Made by a program: the position numbers and the translations under genes. The notes beneath the pieces were generated by a model. That model saw nothing but the letters and a program-made list of their open reading frames with translations. It ran no database searches and was not told the DNA's origin. From Daphnia carinata (lineage: Eukaryota): a stretch of 64,000 bases of DNA. Of the stretch, positions 12,160-24,000 are shown one piece after another. Location: the NCBI RefSeq assembly GCF_022539665.2, contig NC_081332.1:7440001-7504000 (forward strand), in the 5' to 3' direction. Position 1 is the first letter of the stretch. Each line of letters starts with the position of its first letter.

Positions 12160-15100
12160 GGGAGCCTCAGTTGAAATCCCGACAAGTCGCGAATTTAACA
12201 ACAATAACAAACGAATCGACCCCTAGAATTCCATTAAAAATTTTCCAGATCCCTTTACAAGCATTATTTGATACAGGCGCGTCAAAAAGCATTATTCACG
12301 AGAGATTATTCAAGAAGTTACCCCCGAAAGGTCAAGTGATCTGCAGTCAGCTTGATTTCGATTTATATGATGTAGGGGAGAAAAAGTTGCATACGCTGGG
12401 AAGAGTTACATTGCCCGTACGATACGGAGAATCTGTTTTAAGGCAGGAGTTTATAGTTACAAACGGTGTCTCTGAAGACTGTATCCTTGGATGGGATGCA
12501 ATCCAGAAACACGGTTTTCGGCTCGATGGAGAAGCCAAGCGTACTTATTTAGCAAGGGAGGAGCAGGGATCAGCCATCTATAGGGTACCAGACATGGCAA
12601 TTACAACGGTCAAAAAGACGACGCTATCTCGTCAGACGTCGCTAGTAATTGCAGCGCAAATGACAGGTTCATTTCCGTATGTTCCCCTAAAAGCACATTT
12701 ATTTTTACCCCATGAGATTTGCCGAACGGCATTTTTATTGAGGAATTCGTTGGAAATGTATCGGGAGATGGGAAATACCAAATTATGGTCGAAAACCGTT
12801 TGTTAAATCAAGTCATAATTCCTAGGAACACTACATTAGGCGTAATTGAAGTAATTCATAATGTAATCGGTAAAATTGCTTTAAGTAAACTTGAGGAAAA
12901 GCCTACTATAAACCATGAGCCACTTTTAATTTCAGAAGTCGACGCTGATTTTCAAGCCCCGCTCCCAAAAATATTAATTGACTTTCACGACTTGTTCGCA
13001 GCAAAAGATTCAGAATTAGGGAACACTAATCTGATTAAGCATACAATTGATACACAAGGAAGAGGCCCTATTCGACAACGCCCTTATCGAGTTCCGAACA
13101 ATCAGAGAAAAATATTGGATGACAAAGTATAGGAAATGCTAGATGCAAACGTTATACGATATTCTCATTCACCATGGGCTTCACCTGTGGTTTTAGTAGA
13201 GAAAAAAGATGGGGAAGTAAGATTTTGCGTTGACTATAGGAAATTAAATAGTAATTCCAAAAAGGATTCATTCCCTATGCCGAGGATAGACGAAACATTA
13301 GACAAATTATATGGAAAGAAATTTTTCACAACTCTTGATTTGGCCTCTGGCTATTGGCAAATTCAAGTTGATGAGCCGGCTATAGAAAAAACCGCTTTTG
13401 TAGTAGAAAACAAGCTTTACGAATTTAATCGCATGGCTTTCGGCTTGTGCAATGAACCTGCCACATTTCAACGATTAATGAATTATGTACTGAAAGACGT
13501 TTTGGGAAGTAAGGCATTAGTTTATTTGGATGACGCCATCATATTTGCGGACACTTTTCATGATCATTTAAACGATATTCGGGAAATTTTTAACCTATTA
13601 AAAGACGCAAATTTAAAATTGAAACTTAAGAAATGCCAGTTCATCAAACATTCTGTAAATTATTTAGGCCATGTCATTTCGACTGAGGGAATTACACCGG
13701 ATCCGGGTAAAATTGATAAAATTGTAAATTACAAAACGCCCACTTCTGTCGATGAAGTGAGGTCATTTCTTGGTATAGCAGGTTATTATAGGAGATATAT
13801 TCAAAATTTTGGTTCAATTGCAAAACCTTTGACTAGATTAACTCATAAAGATCTAGTACAAAACCTTTTGCATGGGAACAGAAGAACAAGTTGGTTTTGA
13901 GAAACTGCGTACTTCTCTTGTTACACCACCAGTTCTCGTATATCCGAATTTTGATGCAAAGTTCTTTCTTTTTACTGACGCGTGCGACTACGGTATCGGA
14001 CCCGTTCTGTCTCAAATTCAAAACGGTCAGGAACACCCCATAGCTTATTCCAGTAGACAGTTAACAAAGGCAGAAATGAAATATAGTACAACTGAAAAAG
14101 AAGCTCTAGTGGTCGTAGATGCGATTAAACATTTCCGTCATTATCTGTTGGATAAACACTTCGAAATAATTAGTGATCATCGTCCCTTGCAATGGCTAAA
14201 AAATCAAAAAGACAATAATGGAAGGCTAGGTAGATGGGCTATCTTATTAGCCGCAACCAATTACGAATTAAAATATAGACCAGGTTTATTCACCAGAATG
14301 CAGACTGTTTATCAAGGTTAAAGGTAGCTAGTATTCAGGTTGGAAAAGATATGAAATTGATTTGTGAAAAACAATTGGAGGATAGTCTTTGTATAGCCAT
14401 TAAGAATTATTTAGAGAAAGGAGAACTGGGCGAAATTTTTAACCAGTCAAAGCCCGATTGGGTAAAGGAAATTGAATATTTCGAGATAATCGAAGGAACA
14501 TTTTATAGACGGGAACTGCCATCTCAGAGTAGTAAAAGGAACGACACGAACCATCAATTAGTTTTGCCATTATCTTTACGCGATCTGGTGCTTAAAGAAT
14601 TACAAGACGCTCCGATGGGTGGTCATCTAGCATTTTTACTTATATGAAGGTCAAAAATAATTATTATTGGCCAAACCTGAGAGGCGATATTAAAGAATAT
14701 TGTCAGGCTTGTGAAGTATGCATTGCTAACGCTTCCTCGCGTTATAGAGCACTTTTGCATCCCCACGAAATTGCTAAAGCTCCTTTTCAAGTAATTGGAA
14801 TGGACTTTTTGGGGCCTATTACGCCAGTTTCACCCAATGGAAATAGTTATATTTTAGTTATTACAGATTATTTTATAGATTGATTACAGATTATTATTTT
14901 TGAAGCTGTCGCTTTAAAGGATCAAACTACTCAGACAACAGCAGAGTGTGTATATAAAACTATTATAGTTAGACATGGAATGCCTAAGGCAATTTTTTCA
15001 AATCGGAACAGGAACAAATTTCACATCGAAATTATTCCGTTATTTTTGTAAAAAATTAAAGATTGATCAGCGATTAACTACCGCGTATAATTCAGCTAGT

Positions 15101-16104
15101 AATGGGGAGACTGAAAGGTTTAATCGAACTTTAACGTTAATGTTAAGAAAAGAATTAAAGGACGGCGAACATGCTAATTGGGAAGAAATAGATGATGTTT
15201 TGTTCGCTTATCGTAGCTCAGTCCACTCTTCGACACTTGACACCCCATATTATTTACTCCACGGTAGAGACCCAAATATTCCTATTAACGAATTTTTTTA
15301 TGCATCTCCCAAAACATTTAAATCTTCTTCTGATTATGTAGGTAATTTAGCAGAACGATTGCGTTATAGTTTTCAAAGGTTAGAGAAGAAAGCGAAAAAG
15401 CTAGGAAGCGCCAAAGGGAACAATACAACAAGCGCGCGAAAGAAAACCGATACGCGATAGGCGATCGGGTGTTATTGGACATTCGAGTAGTTAAAGAAGG
15501 AGATAGCAGAAAGTTCACTTCGAAATATAAAGGGCCTTATAGAATAGTTAAAGTTTATTCGAATAATACTGTAGACATCGTTGATAATTCGTATATATGC
15601 CAGCGTACGCATGTAAATAGATTAAAACCTTTGTATGAAACAATGCTATGGAAACATGAGCATTGTCCGCCACTTGAGACCCCCTTGGAATTTGAGAGCA
15701 GATTCCGCAAGTCTATTGCGACTCAAACAACAAGTGTATCTGAACACGAGCTCGATGACGAAGCCGTAAGACAACAAAATATTGAATCAAAAGCCGTGTC
15801 AGAATTCATACCAGACACCAATTCAATGGGTCAACAACTTGTGCTCGAAGACCATATGATCGGACAGTCTCATCTGCCGATCGAAGAGCAATTGTCCTCA
15901 AATGACAATTGCGATGTTACCGAAAATCAACAGCATCCATCAACAATACCTGAAACTGATCCTATATGCGCCGCTAAGGATGTCGAAATTCAGCAAAGTG
16001 AGCCCGAAAATAATGCGACATCAGCATCAACTCATCAAGGCGGTGTGAACCAACGTCCACAGCGAAATCGGAGAAAACCAATTCGCTATAGAGACGAAAG
16101 GTAA
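12117..16104 (+). pseudogene. pol: Gypsy-1 pol (PR-RT-RNase H-integrase with GPY motif), with multiple frameshifts and stops
   Basis: LFDTGAS, RFCVDYRKLN, LDLASGYWQ, YLDD, FTDACDYGIG, GMDFLGP, NGETERFN, YKGPYRIV. Confidence 0.95.
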
Positions 16105-16153
16105 TGACATCAACTGCACAATTCTCTAATTCGGACAATAACAAGTGGACTAC

Positions 16154-16772
16154 TATATAAACCGTGCGTTGAGTAGAAGAAAATCACCATTTCTTCGTAC
16201 TCTACATGAACGATCAAGAACTATCTGTTCAAGACAAGTTTTAATTGTTCGCGGCTAACGAGAACCTAGAGAGCAAAAAAAAAATGGAGGACGTCAAAGA
16301 ATAAAACCAGAAAGTCGAAGAGATTGAAGTCAGCAACAGCTGGATACCTATGGTATCTATTTCGCTGCCTGCCCCGGAGATCGTGGTCGTAGACCTTACT
16401 TCTCCCTCCACATCCGACGACGAGGCAACCGTTGCCGGAGACGTACCGGAGGCATTTGACATGCAGGATGCCGAAGATTTCTGCAACGGTGGAGCCTGAA
16501 ACAACTGGCACCGAGCAGCAGCCCTGGAGGATAAACAACTGGATATCAAGACCAACCAAAGCATCTGTCGCCTCCTGAATCAACTTTACTCGAAGCAATG
16601 GCGAGCAGCCATTAACACCTTAAAGGGGATCCTCGATCTGGATCCCGAGAGGCGACACCCACCACTCTATGGCTGGACTGACTGTCACTGGGACCCACCT
16701 CGACCCAGGAAGCGTTCCAGTGACGGCGACCACGAGGATACTCCGGATGCAAAGAGGTCCAAATACCTCTAA
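16154..16772 (+). pseudogene. TATA-preceded decayed accessory ORF downstream of pol (charged N-terminus, SIM-like VVDLT, bipartite NLS)
   Basis: TATATAAA at 16154-16161 and ATG at 16206. The frame reads ...EIVVVDLTSPSTSDDE...RPRKRSSDGDHEDTPDAKRSKYL* and ends at 16772, with three internal stops and a slip in an A-run. Confidence 0.5.
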
Positions 16773-16953
16773 CACATCCAGAAGAAGACCAAAGAAAGAA
16801 ATTTTCTCTTCTTTTTCCCTGTTTTTTTACTTATGTTTCTCTATTTTCACCAATGCTTACAATATTTACTCGGTATGACAACCCTAGCAGAAATTCAGAG
16901 AGCAAAATCCCATCCAAGACTGGTATTTAGGACTCGTCTAGAGTCCTAGACTG

Positions 16954-17098
16954 GTCCAGCGGGCGGGTATGTGGACCCCTTGTTTGCAGCCAATAACAGC
17001 CTCCTAGACTGGTATCAAGGACGGTAAAAAAAAAGAAAAAAAGACGGTGAGCCTCTTAAGTTAAAGCCAAAAGCCGTTCACATACCCGGCCGTTAGAC
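16954..17098. repeat. 20-bp imperfect inverted repeat with AGACTGGT direct repeats nearby (DNA-transposon-terminus-like)
   Basis: GTCCAGCGGGCGGGTATGTG (16954-16973) pairs with CACATACCCGGCCGTTAGAC (17079-17098) at 17/20 positions. An 8-bp hairpin TAGGACTC/GAGTCCTA lies at 16928-16948. Confidence 0.6.
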
Positions 17099-17369
17099 TC
17101 AGCCGGGGCTCATCTTCTATACTCGTCCCAATACTCGTATCCCATATCCGTTATGGGACTATTGTTTGATTATTTAAATGCATTTTAATCCCTACATAAG
17201 ATTGTTACAGTTTCAGAAAAAAAATGACTACAGAATAACACAAATTTCTTTATATTTAACATGAAATGACTGATAAATCCAGTTCGTCCTGGCAACATAC
17301 CAACACGGCACAAATACTATCGCAAATCGTTTTCGCGTCGCGAAAACAATAGGCCGCCAATTAAACTAA

Positions 17370-17490
17370 GGGAAGGGTAATGGTTGGCGCGCGAAGCCCG
17401 ATCTTGGTTGCCATGGCAACTCGGGAACAGGAAGGGTAAATTGCAGACGCGCGAAGCCCGATCCGGGTTGCCATAGCAACTCGGTAACAA
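17370..17490. repeat. Two-copy 60-bp tandem repeat, each copy with an RFX X-box-like palindrome
   Basis: GTTGCCATGGCAAC (17407-17420) and GTTGCCATAGCAAC (17467-17480), each preceded by CGCGCGAAGCCCGATC. Confidence 0.8.
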
Positions 17491-17576
17491 CTAGAAAGGC
17501 GCAATGTGGCCAACACGGCATGGCGAGGACACAGAAAAAAACATCTTTTAAGACATTTAAACAAGAAATTTGAAAC

Positions 17577-18995
17577 TTATTCGATGGGTTTTTTGAAATC
17601 TCTTATGTTCTTTTCCAAGGCAGCAATTTTCGACTACATCTCAGCCTCGTAAATAGTACTAGGTACTGGCGCTTCAAAAGTTGGCTGGTCGCGCGAAGAC
17701 CTAGCTGACTGAGCTTCAACGGGTGTTATGCTTCTTTCTTCGCGGTATTTCTCTCCACTTTTCTTTCTGCACGTCTTGATCTGTACTAATAAACAGTCAA
17801 TCTCAATATTTTCTTCGTTTTTTTGTCGCGCCTTTGCGTTCGCAACGACTAAAATAAAAAGAAGGAAAATTAATTAATGAAATACAATGTAGCATTTCCA
17901 TATACCTCCTAGAACTGAAATGAGGTTCATAAATATTGAGAGACCAGGCCGTCTATCGTCGCCGCGAGGAACTGCCTTCCACTGAAGTTTTTCGGCCAGC
18001 TGAGAAGAAATGAGAAAATTAAAACTATCTCTCAGGACTTTGCCTACAAGTGGATTTGCAGATATGTTTCTTACCGTTGTTTGTGAAGATGGAGGCACGT
18101 CATCATCCGACAAATATTGAAATTCTATACTGTTTGCGCTGCTGTGGCCCTTTGGTTCGCCACTCTTGCTACCTGAATTGTAAAATAGTTTAGAATTTTT
18201 AAGTTTGAAAATATCTTAATGTAATTACTTTGAATAATGTTGATGACGGAACTTGTTCTGGTTGCCGTAACAACTGTAGGCGGACTGGTGTCTTCACTGT
18301 CATCACCGTACCTCTTCCTTTTTTGTGAGACACGTTTTCCTTTCCCCCAAGTTCTTTCACAATCGGAAATGAAAGCCTCGGCTAAAAGACGACCAGCAGC
18401 TGCCTCTTTGACAACATGCTTTGTTGTCGTAAAACTCACTGCAATAACAACATGAAAATTAATTTTAGAGATTACAATATAATTGCAAGTAAAGTAAGTG
18501 AAACTTACCAGGCTTGTTCTCTGGATTCATAATATTATGAACATCGTATTCCAGCCAAGTATTGAATGGGTGGTGAAATCTTTTAAATGTTTCCGCCCCC
18601 CAACACGCAGGATTCAAATTGCCTTCTGATGTAGTACATGGTGGGTATAGCAAAAACTTGTGGTCCGTTGATAACCAGTAACAGGGCACAAAGCTGTAGA
18701 GACATAATGGATTGTTGTCACAGCCCTTTCTAAGGTTTGTACGATAAAGAATGAAGGCTCTTTGTATTTGGAAGGCTTGGTCTTTTCAGTATTTTCCTGT
18801 ATCGTAACATATCTTCCACACCATTCACAAAAAGGTCTTCCTTCCTGAGGGATAAACATTTAGAACCACAGAAAATGTTTAATAATAATATAGAACATTG
18901 AAGAAAAAGTATACCTGAATGTTTCTTGCAACGTGTGACTGCTGAATTATGTCGTGGTTAGTATGTAATACGTTATCGTCAACTACACGATCCAT
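17577..18995 (-). pseudogene. Multi-exon DUF4806/BEN-like gene of the kind found in CMC/EnSpm-type DNA transposons, decayed
   Basis: Short GT-AG introns. N-terminal FFIVQT...CYWLSTDHKFLLYPP, a basic/Ser-Thr linker, and C-terminal KVLRDSFNFLISSQLAEKLQWKA...PGLSIFMNLISVL. Frameshifts present. Domain recognised from memory only. Confidence 0.55.
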
Positions 18996-21617
18996 GGTGG
19001 CAGTAATCTTTTGAACTTGCTCAAAGCTTTGCAGTAGTAATGTTAAATTTGCACTACGAATGCAAAAGACTGCACTAGACGTAGAATATTAAATAAGAAA
19101 TCCAACCTGAGTGTAATTTAGCGTTTCAGAACAGTAACAATAACGTGAGGCTCTGTCGAAGAACTTCAAGCATTTCTGTGAAATACGTACAAATTTCATA
19201 CGGACAGCATGGGCGTTGCCAGTTTTCCAATTTCGGGTTTTTTTATATAAGTGCCATGTATGGGGAAACCATTTTCTGTTGTATTCACAGTTACTTTTAA
19301 ATTATTTTCAATTCTTTTAGTAAGGTTATTTGATTGCTAAGCTAGAATTCTGCATGTCCACGTACAAAGAAAAAAAAGGAATGAAAGTTAGGTATTGATT
19401 TTCCCTTGCATGCCTGTTAGACGTAATCGATTTCCTCCAAAGCAGACGACAACAATTCTGTTGTCTGAAAGGCCAGGTTGATGCTAAACAATATTGGATC
19501 ATGCCTGAATGCGCAAACCGGAAAACGTTATTAAAATTGTACCAATCTTATTCCGCATTTATAATTTATTTATTAACTAGAGAAGATTAGTCAAGATACA
19601 AGTCAGTGTATTTGAAGCCTCCAAAACTGATAATAAAGCTCCTCAACGGTGTAAAAACATTGAAGCAAAAAAATTGTAAGAACATAGGCCAGTGAAAAAA
19701 CGAGTCTAATACTGGTTTTTTGTATCCACATCAATCCCAATTTTTGCAGAAAATTCTGAGGACATATTAGGCACGTATTAGACATAACAAAGGCCAGTAT
19801 TAGACGAGTATAATACTCGTACCACGGGCTGTAGCGCTCGGCTTTCGTGCTAGCGTACAAGAGAACAGTAAAAAATGAGCCCAACATTGGTACCAGGGAC
19901 TTAAGCGCTTCGCTTCTTTTTTGCGTCCATAATACCGGATTTGTACTAAGCTAGTACCAGACCACGAACCGAAAGTACTTAAGGAAGGTGATTCCGTATT
20001 CAGTACGCAAACTTGACCAAAAAAATGAGTCAAAATTAGAGTATCGCGGACGCAGACCCCATCTGGACACCAAGTTTCTGCTAGGGAATATACCCTCATC
20101 TATATATTCCTTTATAACAGCTGAAATAAACACAATAGCCAACAATTAAGATATCATCATTGAAGAAAAAAAACAAAAAAAAACACGATATATCAACATA
20201 AAACTACAAAACAAATAGAAGGGAATCATGATACAAAAAACGTTATGTAATTATACATAACCCATTTCCCTTGAAAAAAAAAACAAAAAAAAAAACAAAA
20301 CAAACAAAGGATTCTCTTGAAAAGAAAAAAAATTTATAATAATTAACGTAGTTGTTAACGAACACCAATTTCTATATAAAAAAAACTTTCTTTTATATTT
20401 TTTGTTATGTCATGCACATGAACTTATTATGCTCATATTACATGTGTTTTGCCCTTTCTCCATTTTTACAATTTCACTTTTCCAATTTACGCTCTATAGT
20501 CATTTCTTATCTTTTACGTCTTAAAATCCAACAGTCATTATAGATTCTGAAACATAAAGCCACTTGAGTAAAAACATTAAAGAAGTATTGCTTTTGGGAA
20601 TAAAACCTTAAGTTTTATTTCACTTTCGTAAAAACACATTAATACGTGACACATTATAACAATTTGGTAATCACAATTGAAGTAGTTCCCTTTTTGTAGA
20701 ATCCCATTGCCAAACTAACACAGTAGGAAAGTAGATAAATTCCCCTGAACCATGAATTAAACAATAATGTACACAAACAATAACGTTGTTAAAACGAATG
20801 ATGCGAATTTCCCTGTTATCCACTTTTTCCCCATATCTCTTGTACGTTCTTTGCTTATATTCCCCACAAATTTTCAAAATCGTAGCCCCAACTCTTATAT
20901 CTTTAATCCGAATATCAAAAACAATACTGTTCACCTTCCCTTTCGTTTTCACACTGCAACTTGTCCATAGCCCAAACTGAGATCCAAAATGTTAGCGCCG
21001 CCTTCCTTTGCATGGAGCTAATACTACTCTACCCTCCCAGCGCCCAACCACCCACTTCTTAAGAAAAAAAAACCCTTTTGATCTCCTCGCAAGCGCGTAG
21101 CTCCGCCCACATTCTTCCCCCTCTGTTTTTCTGCCCTATCCCTTCTCTTGCGTTGGACTTAGGAAAAAGCCAAACTCCGTATGACCTTTCACGGCAAAAC
21201 CTTTTCCGCCGAAAACTTTTAAACGTTTCTTTTCTTTTCTTCCCCGCTAAACTATACGATATTTTCTTGTTTTTTCTTTTCGATAATTAAGTTTATCTTC
21301 TCCTCGTTCCAACGATACTAAATTCTTTTAATAATAAATTATCCTTCCTCCCGAAAATGCTATTATATTACAATGCCCTACAATCTTTCTCCCTTTTTGC
21401 CGTAGCTAGCTAGCAAAGCCGACGAAAAAAAAGTTGACCTTTCAAAAGCCGTAGAATATTTTTCACTTTTCCTTTTCTTTCTTCTTTCCTATATATTTTT
21501 GTTCTACTTAGCTTTAAGAAGCCCACATGATGATATATATATATTTTGTCAGTTACATTCCTTCTTTTGTTTTGTTTTTGTATGTATTGCTTTTCTATAT
21601 ACCTTCCGTATATAGAA

Positions 21618-23293
21618 ATGTCCCCACTTCCATTTATACTGCTACTATGTCTTTACGGGTTACACCCGCAAGCATTTGAAACGACCGTATGCGATTGCGC
21701 AGAGCCGTTGAAGATGGGAATTCTTCAATTTTCTGACGTGAATTGCCAACCGATATCTACCGATAATAAGGCCATCCGCGTAAAATATGCAGTTTATAGT
21801 GAAGAACGTGCTGCAATCAAGTTTCCGGGATATATTTGTGCGCATTGGAAAAATATACGGCATATCACCATGAATTTTTTCGGACAACTAGTGGTAGTGC
21901 CAGATAAAATTTCCATCAACACATCAACCGCCGAGTGCAACGAAATGATTCATAATAAAAGGTGCAACGAAAATCGAATGACTTTTTCAGACGGAAAATT
22001 TGTGTTCGACAATGAACCAGATGTTACAGGTTTCTGGTTGCGGACAATCGATTCGGAAATTATCAGTTGTGTACTTGAAAAAATTGAACTTTTTCAATCA
22101 AAAGAAGACGCAGACTTTTCAACACCTATCAGAACTGCTTCTGCTGTGTCAGGCAACTTGTCGCATAATCATTTAACATTGATTTGGGATACAACCTATA
22201 CTCAGAAAACTAAATTATATACCCGATTTGTCGAAGATGGAATCGGCATGCTTAAACAATTACCAGGAGAGGAAAAAATCTTCAGACTCCAAGACGACAA
22301 AAATCAACTAGACTTCCATTTGACACCGGTTTCGCGTTGTGTTTCCATACAACAAAATTGCTCCAATAAGACTTCTTCATACGGAATCGTTGGAGAATCA
22401 AAACTGTTCGTCACAACGGCGGCCATCATGGAAAATTCAACAACAACATTGGATACCCAAGCGCCACCTAGCGCTGAAAATTTGAACACTCCAGCCAATA
22501 TTCAATATATTCGTGATCAACTCACTGATCATGAAAATGAATTGGCAAGACAAGTACAGTTGTTACAATGTGATGCTCGCAAAGCCAAACATGAGAGAGC
22601 CGTAACCATTGCTCAATATAATGGATGGTTAGCAGCCTAACAATTAGATTTACCCCAGTGCATAAAATTGCAAGCTTTCAGAAAAACAGTGATATTGATT
22701 CAGTGTAAAGCCTCAAATATCACATTTGAAACTATTTTAACTTCCTGCGGACCACAACCAAAATGTCAAGATTATTCAATTAACCTCGATGGCTGGGAAC
22801 TTGTAAAATACTCCCCCTGTTATTGGACAAATGGATTTGTTAACTTCAATGACAAGCCCTATGCTTTCCGCAACAAAACCTGGGAGCAGATAGAAGCCAA
22901 AATTGTGTTACCAGAGCAGACGCTCGCGCACTCTTTCCGCTACGAAAACGTCGAATTTTTCGACTACGAACATCAAAGTAATCCGGCATGTACCACAAGA
23001 ACATCATGGCCGATATAGCCGCCGCGATTAACGAACATCCACCATCAGAATTTACGTTACACAGTCGTCCTAGTGCTACAAACATTTTTGTGACGGCAGC
23101 TGGCGTTGGAACTTACACATCTTGGTGGGAAACCATCAAGAATTACTTCTTCATCGGCATCTTATGTATCCTGGTGCTCATCTTCTTACGCATCTGCTAC
23201 ACTTGCGGACTCTTCAAAGTCATCTGGATCATATGCTGTCGCCCCCCGAAACGTTCTACAACTTTCGAATCCATTCCCATGCATCCAGTCTGA
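21618..23293 (+). pseudogene. env: Env-like type I membrane glycoprotein (class III fusogen-like), with one premature stop and one frameshift
   Basis: Signal peptide MSPLPFILLLCLYGLHPQA, a Cys-rich ectodomain with NxS/T sequons, and TM YFFIGILCILVLIFL followed by a short Cys-rich tail. Stop at 22638-22640 and shift near 22990. It lies directly before the PPT and LTR. Confidence 0.8.
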
Positions 23294-23312
23294 TTACGGG
23301 ACGTAATCTCAC

Positions 23313-23680
23313 GCCGCCGGGAGATGTAACGAAGTCAACAAATATTTTAACCGATTATATTTCTTGTCTATGTATGTTTATTATACCCATTTAAATCATA
23401 TGAATTGCGCAACTATATAACTGCGCCATTTCAATATTGCACCATAACATATACGCAGCAGGGTGACCTATATGAGCACCTGCTCACTGTCTGATCATAT
23501 TTCATCGGCATAAAGCCACTTGTAACAACATCTTTGATTGGCGGAATCAAGCATTTCTCATCATTGCGCCATCATCGCGCCATATCAAATTTCATGTATT
23601 GGTGACAAGTAATTGCGCAGCAATTAATCATTGCCCAATATGCGAGGTTTCTTGATGAACTCAAGACCTGAAGAAAGTCA
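23313..23680 (+). repeat. PPT (23313-23324) and 5' part of the Gypsy-1 3' LTR
   Basis: GCCGCCGGGAGA then TGTAAC at 23325, with TATATAA near 23414. Interrupted by the Pao element. Confidence 0.7.
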
Positions 23681-23979
23681 TGTCAGAAATAACGACACCG
23701 AACTAGATTAACTAGTTTATTCGAGGCGAACACAGCGACGAGAAGAATATTGAGTTGAGTGGACGAGAGAGAGAATGTTGAGTTCAGTTAACGAGAGAGA
23801 GAGAATACTGCACGAGATGGTTGAAACCGCAGGACGTCGACTGACCATTAGCAAAAAAAAAGGGGAGACAAAGGGGCAAAAAGGGGGGGTAAGCGTCCAA
23901 GTTCTAGATTGCGAAACTGTGGCGTACAGTGATGCCAAATATGAGTGAGAAAATTTAAGTCTGAATGTAATTTTCGACA
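23681..23979 (-). repeat. 3' LTR of the intact Pao element
   Basis: TGTCAGAAAT...TTTTCGACA. The adjacent minus-strand PPT GGGCCGGGAGTA is at 23980-23991. Confidence 0.97.
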
Positions 23980-24000
23980 TACTCCCGGCCCGAGAGTGTA

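Noticed and set aside
23717..23980. Identical 87-aa ORFs at 23717-23980 and 29657-29920
   Set aside because: They lie within the identical Pao LTRs, so they are a by-product of the duplication and show no coding signature.
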